The notes under the pieces are model-generated. The model made no database searches and had not been told where the DNA came from. It saw only the letters and a program-made list of their open reading frames with translations. From Octopus sinensis (taxonomy: Eukaryota), in contig NC_043012.1 of the NCBI RefSeq assembly GCF_006345805.1, positions 42,098,001 to 42,162,000 on the forward strand: a stretch of 64,000 nucleotides of DNA. The letters are read 5' to 3'. Positions 31,455-44,139 of the stretch are shown in pieces. The translations under genes and the position numbers were made by a program. Position 1 is the stretch's first letter, and every line of letters begins with the position of its first letter.

Positions 31455-31602
31455 GAGAAGTTCGCCATTACATTCTGCCGGGGCCGCGTGGAGCTTAAGT
31501 GTTTCGCTCATAAGCACATACATCGCCCGGTCTGAGATTCCAACTCGCGATCCCTCGACCGCGAGTCTGCTGCTCTAACCACTAGGCCATGTGCTTCCAC
31601 AT
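31455..31602 (-). mobile_element. tRNA-derived SINE, family 3
   Basis: Minus strand TGGCCTAGTGGTTAGAGC (A box) and GAGTTGGAATCTC (B-box-like). Confidence 0.65.
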
Positions 31603-31971
31603 ATAGACGCTTGAAAGACTGGCGAAAACGTGTGGATTCCTAAGGTTAAATGTAGTAACCCGGTACCCACATAAATTCGACCAGGGATAAGACCGAACCT
31701 GAGCTTTGATTCTATAATAACTCCTGAAATGTGTTTAAAAGCTGTTTAATGAGATAAGGCGTTGGTTTAACCAGAACTGTCAGTCGTTACTTACATCGCA
31801 ATTTTTGAAAAAATAAACGGAGCATAAGAAAAAAAAAGATTCATTGAAGCCTGACTTAGTTGAAAGTAATGTGGGTAGGTAGTAGTATTTGTTGTTGAAC
31901 ATGGTGGCTCTTGAATGTGTGCATGTGTGTGAATGTGTGTGTTATGTGTATATGTGTATATGTGTATGTGC

Positions 31972-32013
<42 letters not shown>

Positions 32014-32061
32014 TTCAGTGTGTTTCTAGCTACGATTGTAAAATTATACGTATTCATATAT

Positions 32062-32390
32062 ATTAGGTTGTTTCACATGAAATGTATTTGAAAGGTAACA
32101 ATAAAATGTTTCAGGAGTGTTAGAAAACCGATTTGTTTAATCAAAATATGATCCATGTTCATTTACGATGTTTACCCAACTTTTCTCTATGTCATATATT
32201 CCATCTTTAAAAAAAAATCATCTTTTTCCTATCATAAACTGTCTGAATGCTTTAATTACCTCTTCTCAATTTAAGAATGTTTTATTGCTTCTGAAATCTC
32301 AAAATGCTTAAATAAGTGATGCTCACTCAGTAGGAGAGATATCTGGGGAAATTGGGAGGATGTTGACCAATTGCCAGACCCACATCTTCA
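32062..32390 (-). mobile_element. Degraded mariner 3' end
   Basis: Remnant of the HPPYSPDLAP region plus TIR-like TATTAGGTTG. Confidence 0.5.
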
Positions 32391-32439
32391 CACCTACACA
32401 TACACACGCGCACAATTCAAGGTCGCCAGCCCTCTTCCT

Positions 32440-32740
32440 CAACCACACAATGCTCTCTTATACACACGCACGCCCACCTTCATTTTGGGATCACCACTAC
32501 TTTATAATCTCCCTTCTTCCTAGTTCTCCTGTGTGACACCTCTGTCCGGCATTCGCCATGATAGATCGCTAGCCACTACAACTTCTTTAGTTTCCCTCCT
32601 TGTTTCTTTCTGTGTTCCTTTCTGTAGAAGAGCGTAGACTCGAAACGTTAAAGACTTTTTCATTTCCCGGGCGTTAAACTAATACATCTGTTTGTTGTCT
32701 ACACCACCTGTTTTCGTCTTTTGGGGTTTTTTTGTGAATG
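32440..32740 (+). mobile_element. Solo PLE pLTR-like copy
   Basis: Homologous to 14640-14850 and 56607-56910. Confidence 0.8.
32618..32653 (+). ncRNA. Minimal hammerhead-like motif, A6U variant (copy B)
   Basis: CTTT-CTGTAGA-A-GAGC gtag ACTC-GAAA-CG-TT-AAAG; one stem II mismatch. Confidence 0.45.
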
Positions 32741-33154
32741 TATGTATGTATGTATATGTGTGTGTGTGTGTGCGTCTGAGAACTTAATTTCTTTGCTGAA
32801 CTCTTCCTTTATGGTAACAGCACAGCGACGACGGCTCTGTAAACCAATTCTTGCATAGAAGAATCAATGGCATTGACTGCAGGATAATGTTGGTGGAGGA
32901 CGAGGTAAATTTTGTCGAGACTTTCCTGTCGCTTGATTTCTTCCTTTTCTTTTCTGGCGCACAGACAGATAGATAGATGCTTACGTACAGATCTATACAT
33001 ACATGCAAGCATCCATCCATCCATCTATCCATATATACATACATACATACATACATACATACATACATACATACATACATACATACATACATACATACAT
33101 ACACACACACATAGATACATACAGACATACAAACATACATGGATATATATATAT

Positions 33155-33187
<33 letters not shown>

Positions 33188-33188
<1 letters not shown>

Positions 33189-33365
33189 GGGAGAGTTTAC
33201 GAAAAAAACAAAAGACGAAGACAGGTGGTGTACAAAACAAACAGATGTATTGGTATAACGCTCAGGAATAGAAAAGGTCTTTTACGTTTCGAGCCTACGC
33301 TCTTCTACAGAAAGGGACACAGAAAAAAAAACAAGGAGAGAAACAAAAATGTGTAGTGGCTAACG
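33188..33365 (-). mobile_element. Solo PLE pLTR-like copy ending in (TA)n
   Basis: Near-identical to 56607-56790. Confidence 0.85.
33279..33314 (-). ncRNA. Minimal hammerhead-like motif, A6U variant (copy C)
   Basis: CTTT-CTGTAGA-A-GAGC gtag GCTC-GAAA-CG-TA-AAAG. Confidence 0.55.
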
Positions 33366-33405
33366 ATGCATACGAACATACAAACATACATATATGCATA
33401 CACAC

Positions 33406-33520
<115 letters not shown>

Positions 33521-33932
33521 TATGTATATCTAACATGCATGCATATCTAAAATTATAGACTTCTCAAGCTAAACATTATGGTCTGGGCTTTAGGAAAAAC
33601 AGGAGTGTTGACAGCAGACGATGATATTCATAAGTGAAATTGTGATCATCCAAGTTGAACTTAAGGTAAATGTTTTTTTGTGGAAGACTTCAGAAAAGTG
33701 AAAATATGTAAAACTTGCCGGAAATTTAGCTTGTAACAGATGTGTGGACATACGTTTCAGCATACAGATATAAACAAGCAAACTTTCGTACACGCATGCA
33801 CACGCACACGCATACACACAAACGCGCGCGCACATACATACACACACATATATTTGCATGTATGTATGTATGCATGTATGTGTGTATGTGTGTATGTGTG
33901 TACGTATGTATATGTGTATGTGTTTGAATGTA

Positions 33933-36272
33933 TTGGGTCATCCCATAAATAATGCGTTTACTTTTTCGGTTTCATGAACTAAAAGTCGTAGGGGGATGGG
34001 ATAAATTACCGACATCAACTTGCTATAAAAACAGGCAGTAATTTTACCTTGTTCTTATTCTTAGTCTTTTTCTTGTTGCCTCTGAGATATGTGGTTGGAA
34101 TTAGCTGTTTAAGTTATATATGGATGGTGTAGTGAGAGAGATAAATGCTAGAACCCTTGATAGAGGAACCCAAATGGTGGGAGAAAATCGAGAGAAACGG
34201 CAGGTGAGTCGGTTGTTGTTTGCTGATGATGCAGCACTGGTGGCGGATTCGGAAGAGCAACTGAGGAGACTGGTGGTGGAGTTTGGAAGATTGTGTGAGA
34301 GGAGGAAAGAGAAATTAAAATGTATCTAAGAGTAAGTTGATGAGATGTTCGAGAGACGGAATGGCTGGTAGGATGGATGTGAGTATAAATGGTGAGATGT
34401 TGGAGGAGTTGAGTGTTTTTAAGTATATAGGATCACTTGTGATGGCGGATAGGAGATTGGCTGAGGAAGCGGGGTACAGAGTGAGGGAGGGGAATAAGAT
34501 ACTTGGAGTTGTGAAAGCTATGCTGAGAGATAAAAGGTTGAGTATGAAAGCGAAAAGAAGTGTGTATGAGGGCGTGATTGTGCCAACAATGTTATATGGT
34601 GCAGAGACGTGGGGGCTGAGAGAGGCAGAAAGGAGGCAACTAGATGTGTTTGAGATAAGATGTTTGAGGGCTATGGTTGGTGTGACACGGATGGAAAGGA
34701 TGAGGAATGAGGAGGTGCGAGGGCCAGCAGGAATGAGAGAAAAATTAGCAACCAAAATGGATAGACGAATGCTGAGGTCGTCTGGCCACATGGAAAGGAT
34801 GGATGAGGTAAGGAGGGTGATGAAGACAGAAGTGGTGGGCATCAGAACCAGAGGCAGACCTCGGTTTGTGTAGATCGATGGAGTGAGGAAAGCTTTGATG
34901 GTTAGAGGCGTTAGAGTGACAGAAGCAAGAGAGTTTATAAATGATAGGAAAGCTTGGAGAGTGTTTGTGGACGGATGAGTAAATTTGATATTGCTCCAAG
35001 TGGTACGGAACCAGCATGATGCGGCAAGGGTAAACCAGCTTACACTGTCGGGCCCTGCTGCTGATATTGGGGGTTGCGTTCTATGTCTTAATCCGAACAT
35101 AGAACGGGGCTCGCCTTTTTAAGCTGGGAAATGAATGGAATGCCTGGTGTGTGTCTTGTCGCTATCTCCTCCTAAACAAGATGGGAAACAGGCCTGGGTA
35201 TATGTATTCTTAGTGCAAGTCCAGTTCAATTTTAACAATTATTTTTTCAGAGATATTAAAGTAAGTGACAAAGGGTCATATTCGACATATTTTGCTTTAT
35301 GAGTTCAATAAAAGCAACAACGCAACGGAAAGTTGGAGGACTATTCATGCAGTATATGGGAATCGAACAATAAACGTGAGCCAGTGTCATAAGTGATTCC
35401 AGAAATTCTGAGCCGGAAACTACAGCCTAGAAGACAAGCCTCGTTCTGGAAGATCTGTTGAGGAGCTTGGATTTGGTCATTCAGCCATTGATCGACAACT
35501 GCGTGCCATGGGAAAAGTCAGCATATTAGGTCAATGGGTTCCTCACAAACCTTCCGAGTCTAATCGCGCACAGAGTGTGAATGTGTGCTTTTCTTTGCTG
35601 CCATGTCTCACCAAAGAACCTTTTTTAGACGAGAAATGGGTTCTCTATAAAAATGCCAAACACTGAAGACAGTGGGTAGGGAAAGGAGAAACACCGACAC
35701 ACCAAGCTAAAGAAGGTCTTCGCCCACATAAGGTGTTGTTATCTGTTTGGTGGGATATGAGAGGTTTTGTCCACTTTGAACTTTTAAACCCAAACCAAAC
35801 GATAACAAAGGAGATCTACTGTGAGCAGCTCGAGCGGCTTAAGTTAGTGCGAGAAGGAAAACGACCATCTTTGGTTTCAAGACGAAAGGTATTTTTTCCA
35901 TCAGGATAATGCTCAGCCACATGCAGCGAGGATGACATTCGAAAGCCTGGATCAGTTTGAATGGGAAACAATGCCCCACCCACCATATTTGCTGGCTATT
36001 GCCCCATCTGATTATCATTTATTCCGCAGTCTTCAAAATCATTTGGATGGAAAAAATATGAATTCTGTAGACAAGGTCAGAACTACGGGAGGAGTATTTT
36101 TCGTCACGGACAAGTAAATTTTGGAAGAGGGCATTTTGCAAGTCTACCAGATAGATGGAAGAACATTGTAGAATATGAAGGAGAGAATATTTTAGATTAA
36201 AAAAAACTTTATCTTAATTTTGAAAAATGAAAGAAGTATTTAAAAAACCGCATTATTTATTGGATGACTTAA
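33933..36272 (+). mobile_element. Mariner transposon (decayed DD34D transposase) interrupted by an RTE insertion
   Basis: TIRs TTGGGTCATCCCATAAATAATGCG and CGCATTATTTATTGGATGACTTAA; HIRHILLYEFNK, WVPHK, HQDNA, HPPY..IAPSDYHLF. Confidence 0.9.
34066..35204 (+). mobile_element. RTE-clade LINE, 5'-truncated
   Basis: LLFADDAAL, FKYIGS, VPTMLYGAETW, R.RGRP motifs; candidate 10 bp TSD TATTCTTAGT at 34056-34065 and 35205-35214. Confidence 0.88.
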
Positions 36273-36529
36273 TGTATATAATCAAAATAAAGAGACCCAT
36301 TAATACAATGATATGAACAAATGCGCGAGCGCGCATATGCATTTGCGTGCTTGAATGTATGTATATATGCACTCATATATGCACATACATACAACTTACG
36401 TATATACATACAGACATACAACATTTATACATTTTTACGAGATACGCACATATACACATAAACGTAACTAAGCACACATACATATAACACACGGATGCAC
36501 ACAGGCGCATACATGCATACACAGATGTA

Positions 36530-37005
36530 CTTATACACATGCATACATACACACATATACGTACATGTACATACATACATACATTCATACATACATACAT
36601 ACATACATACATACATACATGCATGCATGCATACATACATACATACATACATACATTCATACATACATACATACATACATACATACATACATACATACAT
36701 ACATACATCCATCCATCCATACATACATACATACATACATACATACATGCATGCATGCATGCATACATACATACATACATACATACACACATACATCCAT
36801 ACATACATACATACATACATGCATGCATGCATGCATACATACATACATACATACATACATACATACATACATACATACATACATACATACATTCATACAT
36901 ACATACATACATACATACATCCATTCATACATACATACATACATACATGCATGCATGCATGCATACATACATACATACATACATACATACATACATACAT
37001 ACATG
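36530..37005. repeat. Long (TACA)n microsatellite with TGCA/TTCA/TCCA variant units
   Basis: Direct inspection. Confidence 0.95.
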
Positions 37006-37269
37006 TGATTTGAATGCTCTGGTACGGTTTATTCATGCCCACATTGCCCCAATCACGAAATCCGAGCAGTGACTGCCAAACAAAATGTGAGCCCTACCTT
37101 ATATATAGAGGGGTATGAGGAGTGTGAAAGTATTGGTGTTCCTTACCACATTCCTCTTGTATGACACCAAGCCTTCAAAATAAGATTTCAGATAGCAACT
37201 GTTTGGCAGTGAACTCCTGAAGGGGTTGCCATCTAGGCAACCCCTTCAGCTTTGTAGAGAATGGCTTTA

Positions 37270-37880
37270 AAATTACAGTATGAAGAGGACTATGCTCTTG
37301 CTACCCATACATCGTCGGAAGATTTTTAATTTGTCTTTGCTGAGGTAATGAGAGCGTACAAAAGTTTCGAACTGATTACCAAAGCAGAACAGATCTGACG
37401 AGGCTAATGTATCGCCCATTCTTCCTATCTTCACTTTTGTGGATAAACAAATGCCATGAGGACAATGGTGTGAAGGATTCTTGCGGAGGATGACGGCATC
37501 ATTATTATCAACCAGAGCTGCATTAAGCGTGCACCAACGGTATTTGACGGAATTCGCTGCAGGATCTTTCAAAATAGGATCCTTCATTCCTCTGCAAGGA
37601 CCACTACGCATCAACCGGTCTGTATCCCCATCCTCTTCCATAGCTTTAAAGCAGCTTCGAAAGGCTACAGTCTTCAGATCAAAATCTTGTTGGTGGTGTG
37701 AATTTTAGAGTATCCAGGGTATTTCCTTGTTTGAATATTTATCTCAAAGAACGACTGCACAAATGTTCAGGAGATGATCATGCAGTACGAACTATTGTGA
37801 CACATGTAGGTGCACCCTCCTCCCCACGAGGGCTTCACAGAGCGGTATAGGGCCAGCAACAGCAGAGTCGACAACTATTT
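37270..37880 (-). mobile_element. Possible R2-like LINE remnant (post-RT region)
   Basis: Degenerate peptides HDHLL, RWCTLNAALVD, LRK.LHT resemble the R2 thumb region; weak. Confidence 0.3.
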
Positions 37881-38093
37881 GCAAGGCCAAAAACGCTCTA
37901 TGAATATCAAAGGAACAATGTTAGGAGCAAGTGTAAGATGAGAATCGATGACAGTGCCATCTGGTAGCAGCTTCGGATTTTGGAGAGGAAGAGGGTAACC
38001 AAAAGACAGTAGAAAGCAGCTGCGCGCGCACGTGTGTGTTTGTGTAATCAGACAGACTCCAAAGACGCTAATGGTGTAAGATATTTATTATGT

Positions 38094-38248
38094 AGTAAAT
38101 CCATAAAGAAGTACAGTCGGCTTGCTGTGAGGAGTAGAAAATCTGACGTTTCGGAAAGTCTTTCTTCAGAGAAAAGAAGGACTCTGTCCGAAACGTTGCA
38201 TTTTCCACTCCTCACGACAAATTCACTGTACTCTTTTTATAGATTTAT
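38094..38248. repeat. Imperfect palindrome of two hammerhead-like pLTR fragments
   Basis: Arms about 75 bp; minus arm TCT-CTGAAGA..GAAA-CG-TC-AGA; plus arm A-GGAC tct GTCC-GAAA-CG-TT. Confidence 0.7.
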
Positions 38249-38317
38249 ACACACACACGCACGCACACACACACGCGCGCGCACACACACGCGCGCACAC
38301 ACACACGCACGCATACG

Positions 38318-38369
<52 letters not shown>

Positions 38370-38725
38370 ATATATTTAAGTTCTTAGCAGCATGCAACAC
38401 AGACACGAATAAACTTTGAATGCCTATTTGTACGGATGTACGTATGCATGTATTCATGCATCCATGCATGTATGTACGTGTGTCTGTATGTATACATGTA
38501 CAATTATATTTGGACAGGTAGATATGCATACGTATATGTATATACATTTACGTATTTACATACACGCGCGCGTGCACACACACACGCACACACACACATA
38601 CACGCACATATCCGAGTACATACATATATTATATAAAATTCATGAGTAAGGCTGGAACAATGCGAAATAAATCCAAGATAAATCACAAGAAAACAGGCAT
38701 ATGAGTTAATGGTGACTTACACTGC

Positions 38726-38766
38726 ATTCAATATTTCAGGGTTATGACCACCCCCTCTTCAGGAAT
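38726..38766 (-). ncRNA. Minimal type I hammerhead motif
   Basis: ATTC-CTGAAGA-GGGG gtggtcataa CCCT-GAAA-TA-TT-GAAT; palindromic AATATT stem III. Confidence 0.6.
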
Positions 38767-39189
38767 TAACGAATGCTGAAGATGTACATCTGCGTATGTG
38801 AGGAGTAGACATGCGCAGAAGGTTATTGTTATAGCAGCCAGATAGCTTCATGTAACTCTCTGCTGTTGTTGATAGTCTGCTTCCGTTGCTGTATTAACAT
38901 GACCTGTAATTATTGAGGCACACTGCCTAAATTTGTAACAACCTACCTAAATACCAATCTTGAGAAATTAGTTTTCTCAAAGGCAGAAAAGAGAAAGCTG
39001 ATTCAAAGACTATAGATCCAATCCATTACTGGAACTGTAAAAATCTGAAAAACTTTCCAGAAGTTTATCATTTAAGTATAAATGAGCATATCTAGATATG
39101 CAGCTATATGCATGAGAAGACACATGAAAAACAAAACATACAAATCTGCTCGTATACATACATACAGTGCAAGCAATGTGGGGTACTGT

Positions 39190-39470
39190 TTTATTGAATG
39201 CAGAGAGTTCTGAGATTCAAAATTTCTTTATTCGGCTGTAATATTCGTTAGTGACACATGTTTTGTTACAGGTGCCGTTGTAAGATATATTTTCCTCCAC
39301 TCCTAGATATCTGTAACATTCCTTGTCAGATACAGGGGAAACAGTCAAATCATTGATGGAGACATTACTAGTCTGATTTATAGTTTTCCCCCTTTTCACA
39401 ACCACGTAACAACATTTATTCTGACCAAATTCAACCCTTCTTCCTTTGAGAATGTTGTAAGGCTCTTTTT
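39190..39470 (-). mobile_element. R4-like RT C-terminal fragment
   Basis: KCCYVVVKRGK..YRYLGVEEN..EYYSRIKK. Confidence 0.65.
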
Positions 39471-39477
39471 TATCTCA

Positions 39478-40090
39478 TGCATATGCGGAATATTCTTGAT
39501 TCGACGGTCATTCGGAATGCTCACAGCAGCCATATTCCTACCACTCTATGTCACGTTGGTGAGACCCATATTGGAGTATGGGATTCAAGCCTCTCCTCCT
39601 TATCTCCTCAAAGACATACAACATCTCGAAAGAGTCCAAAAGCTGGCTACCCGCATGGTTCATGGTCTCAAAAATTTGTCCTACGAAGAAAGGCTGAGGA
39701 CGCTCGACCTTTATTCTCTTGAAAAACGCCACCGCCGTGGTGATCTCATTCTCGCCCACAACATCATAAGCGGAAAGTGTAACCTCTCGAAAGAGCTGTT
39801 CTTCACTCCTGCTCCAGAGCGTCGGCTGCGGGGTCATTCCGAAAAGCTCTACCTGCGACGATTTCATCTCAATCGAAGGAGAGGAGCTTTCTCCGTCCGG
39901 GTTGCGGATCCGTGGAACAAGCTGCCAGGCGAGATGGTGAAGATGCCGACGACCGCTTTGTTCAAAGCCTCCCTGGACCTCAAGTAGCCTGAACTCTTTA
40001 CATGAACACCACCCTGTACTTAACTCCATGTCCCCCTACATGGCCTTGCTATTTGCTTTTGAGCCAAATTAACTAACTAACTAACTATGT
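39478..40090 (+). mobile_element. CR1-clade LINE, 5'-truncated, with (TAAC)n tail
   Basis: ORF 39496-39987 LYVTLVRPILEYG..LERVQ..SYEERL..RGDLI..RGHSEKL..FSVRV..WNKLP. Confidence 0.9.
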
Positions 40091-40379
40091 ATGTATGTAT
40101 GTATGTATGTATGTATGTATGTATGTATGTATGTATGTATGTGTGTGTGTGTGTATGTGTGTTTGTGTCTCATCTATTTTTTTAAATTATTATACATCTT
40201 CCACTGAGGAGGGATCCGGAAGACATGCACCCAACACCAGAGCTGAAGACACCTCCGAAGGGGGGGGGGGCACCACATCAAAACGGTAGAGGAGTAGGGG
40301 CCGAAACCGGACGTGGTTACTCCTGATGATCCTAACTGGATCCTATAAAGGAGCTGTTGTGGTAGCAGACCACGAAACA

Positions 40380-40530
40380 CGGTTGTAATTCCTCCATGTA
40401 CGAATTAGCCGGTCGATTTCTCTTTCTGAAAATTCTAATTTATCCAGATTCTCCTTTAAGCATTTACTAACAAAACCTAATGCTCCAGTTATCGAATTCA
40501 TAGTCTGGATATAGAAGCTGGGTGTTTCGA
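40380..40530 (-). mobile_element. R4-like nuclease C-terminal fragment
   Basis: ITGALGFVSKCLKENLDKL motif. Confidence 0.5.
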
Positions 40531-41700
40531 AGCAATTGTCCATATATATCCTCTTTTTCTTTTATTTTCAAAGAGATGTTTATATCTTCAGGGTAACTGG
40601 CCACTATGATGGTACATACCTTTGCCCCTCTGTCCCAAACAACAATATCCGGACTGTTATGTTTACATTTGACAGAAGTTTATATGTATACGAATTAATT
40701 AATTATATATATATATATAAACACACAAATATATATGCGCATATACGTATTTATGAATATATATACATACGCATATATGAATATGTACTTATATTACATT
40801 TATCAATCTATCTATCTATTTATCTGCATACACACACACACATAGAAGGAAAGAGGCATAAAGAAGAAGAGACAGACAGACAGACACAGAGGAGAGTGAG
40901 AGAAAGAGAGAGAGAGAATGAGAGAATGAGAGCGAGACTATTCACACGTATTTTCACACTGAAACATCTTAACTAAAAAAAAAAAAAGAGAGATACAAAT
41001 CACCCGAGGTGTTCGTTACAAAAGGACTCATTAAAAAATTTCAAATGCGCAAGCCTGATATGCTGCTGCTACTGCTACTCCTACTACTACAAACGATAAT
41101 AATATATGTATAACTAAATAAAATAATAACTGATTTCAATACAAATAGAGGTGATAAGAAAAAACTCAGAAAAATGAAAAAATAAAAATATAAAAACGGA
41201 ATGAAAAGAAAAAGTTATAACACTGATTTTGCTAAGTGAAAGAAATTCACGCTTGAAACATCTTTGCAAAAGAAGTTATTCTTTGCCGACATTACTTTCA
41301 TGTTAAAAAGGTGACTGTGACCAAAATATGTAGTCAAGTTGAACAGCCGACCTAGATAGACGGGTGTCACAATAATGGCCGACTGCTGGAATGTATGTAG
41401 GCGGCCATTAAAGAGATCGACGTAACTTAATGGGTAACCAGTGAAATCATCACACACACACACACACACATGTATAAATGAAAGTATAAATGTGTGTGTG
41501 AGTGTGCGTGTGCATATGTATGTATATATACATATATATGTATGTATATATATGTATGTATGTATGTATGTACGTACGTACGTTCGTACGTAAGTATGTA
41601 TGAGTATGAATGTATATACATATATCTTGATGTAACTCTCTCTCGCTCTCTCTCTCCCTCCCTCCCTCCCTATGTATATATATATATATTATATATATAT

Positions 41701-41785
<85 letters not shown>

Positions 41786-42989
41786 ATATTATATATATAA
41801 TATATATATACACACACATACATACATACTTGACAGGCACATTCACACATCCATAAACGCAGTTTTTTTAAAAGGTGAAAAAAAAATATAAGGAAAAAAT
41901 TTGAAGTAAAAGAGGGAAACCTGTTACTGCTTATACATACAAACACACACACGCACACACACACACACCACACACACACATGTCCAGCTCCTGGCCTCAT
42001 GCCTCGCAAAAGTCCTTGCACCTAATCCTTACTCTCTAGAACATTGTCTTATGGAACCTCCTTCGTCGTGATATCTTTTCTGAGGTGTTGACTTACACAG
42101 GTTCAATTGGGACATTCAGATCATCAATGACCTTTGGTCAAACAAATGTCCAAAGCTGACTTCTTTTGGCTACGGCGACTGTATCCAAAACTGACAACGT
42201 CTTGCACAGAAAACTAAAATAGTGAAACAACATCAAAGAATGAAAGACTTTTTCTTCATTGTTTGATTTTTATTGGCTCAAATCACAAAGTTGATCCAAC
42301 TAAAATAAGGAACCTCCCCCCTACTCATCTTATCGTAACCTTTAAATGATCTAAGGTGAACGAAAAGTCTAAAATTTGCTCTGAGTATGATATCAGTATC
42401 TGTTATAGGTTTAGGTATATTTCTTTTGGTGTTGACCCAAGGAGTATTAAGCACAAACATTAAAGAATTCTTAAAGCTAACAGAGAGGTGACCATCGAAA
42501 GATTCCGAAAGAAGACACACATAAAAACAAAATGCTCAATAGCATTTCGTTGATTCAGAGAAAAAGAGAGGTGGGGAGAGGAAAACTGTAAGAAGATTAT
42601 CGTGTGAATAGCATTCTGTTCTTAGTCTATCACAACTGAAGAGAGATTATTAATACAAAGAAGTCTACTAGGAAGCCAAAGCAGACGATATCAAAAGGAA
42701 ATAAACGTGAGAGAAACTCGTCGCAGAAGTAAAACAAAACAAAACATTCTATGGCTCTATGGGCCACCCTAAATACCATCAGTTGAAGTAAATAGGAATC
42801 ATAAATAGCTATTAAAGGAGTATCCATTAGGAAATGGGTTTGATTTAAAAGAGGTAATCTGTAATTTTCCCCGAAAAGATTTCATTTCTGATATCCTTGA
42901 TATTGCAACAACATATTTTAATTCGAGCTTAAGCTGTCATGACCCCTAGGATTCATAACGCCAGAGATTGACCCGATTTTCATGGCATA

Positions 42990-43130
42990 TGTGAATGAGG
43001 TTACAATACTCCCCCTTGAATGGGACACCGGTCTTTTACAGGGTTAACTTCCCATCTATTTCTGAAACGCATTTACACCTGAGTGAACAGGAGCAAAGTG
43101 AAGTGAAGTATATGGGAATCGAAACCATTA
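42990..43130 (-). mobile_element. Ancient SINE relic
   Basis: CCCCTTGAATGGGACACCGGTC..CAGGGTTA..CATTTACACCTGAGTG resembles widespread aquatic-animal SINE central domains; family untested. Confidence 0.4.
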
Positions 43131-43419
43131 TCGTACGATACAGTGAATTCCCTTCAAACTAGCAAAGCATTTGGTCTATAATTTCTAAACAAATAAATAA
43201 GAAAAGACAACACATTTGTAACCTGGTTCATGATACATTTTTAGTTAGGATGCCTGCGTCTGTTTGTAGAACTTAATAAATAATAACAGTTCCAAAGATG
43301 ACTTCCCATTGTCATCGAATTATTGTAGGGTACCTTTACTTCCAATTAGTTTAAAGTTATACAAAAAGCTAACTTTAAATCGTTTCTTATCCTCTATAAA
43401 ACCATTTCTAAAGGAAAAT

Positions 43420-43975
43420 AGGAATGGTTTTTGTCCAGGCAAATTTTACAGATTTTTACATTTCCAGTGGTGACTCGGATCTGTTGTCTTCAAATCAGCT
43501 TTCTCTTTTCTGGTTTTGAGAAACCTAATGTCCCAAGACTGGTATTTAGGCAGCGTACCCCAATACATACAGGTATAAACCTAAACTTGTAGTCTGTTGA
43601 GAGTAACTGCAGAGTTCTAAATAGTTCAGCGTAGGTATTCTCTTTTTCAGTTGATTTCCATAACTGTACACGGTTTCCCTTCTCTATCATTATATCAAGT
43701 CTATTGTGTTTACATTTTATAGATGACATTCCACTAGTACTCCCTTTTATTATGAGTGGCTATGTCTTCCACCATACTGTTAGTTCTTATTTCTTTATTC
43801 TTAGGGTTATCCTTTCGACGGATCTCGTTATACAGTGTCCTAGCTACAACATCATGTCTCGTCGGTAAATAATATCGTGATGACATTTTTGGACAACTGC
43901 ATATGATATATATATTTATACTGTAAAATTAGATTTAATCCTAAATCTAATTTTTCCCTGTAAGTTTGGATTTAC
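43420..43975 (-). mobile_element. R4-like nuclease fragment next to (TAA)n
   Basis: HIICSCPKMSSRYYLP.RHDVVA..HNRLDIMI..FIPVCIG; (TTA)n at 43980-44003. Confidence 0.75.
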
Positions 43976-43979
43976 TCCC

Positions 43980-44072
<93 letters not shown>

Positions 44073-44139
44073 ATTATTATATATATATATTATATATATA
44101 TATATAGACAGTTGACGGTCTGTTTCTCTGGAGAGTGAC

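Noticed and set aside
31520-31602. tRNA gene
   Set aside because: It has A and B boxes but no closed cloverleaf or acceptor stem, and it continues into SINE body sequence; the same applies to the family 1 and 2 heads.
40323-40345. CTGATGA followed by a TCC/GGA hairpin
   Set aside because: No GAAA or UH follows, so the hammerhead core cannot be completed.
41290-41395. Possible 90 nt minus-strand exon (QSAIIVTPVYLGRLFNLTTYFGHSHLFNMK)
   Set aside because: The polypyrimidine tract is weak, there is no homology, and the strand is opposite to the other candidates; chance is likely.
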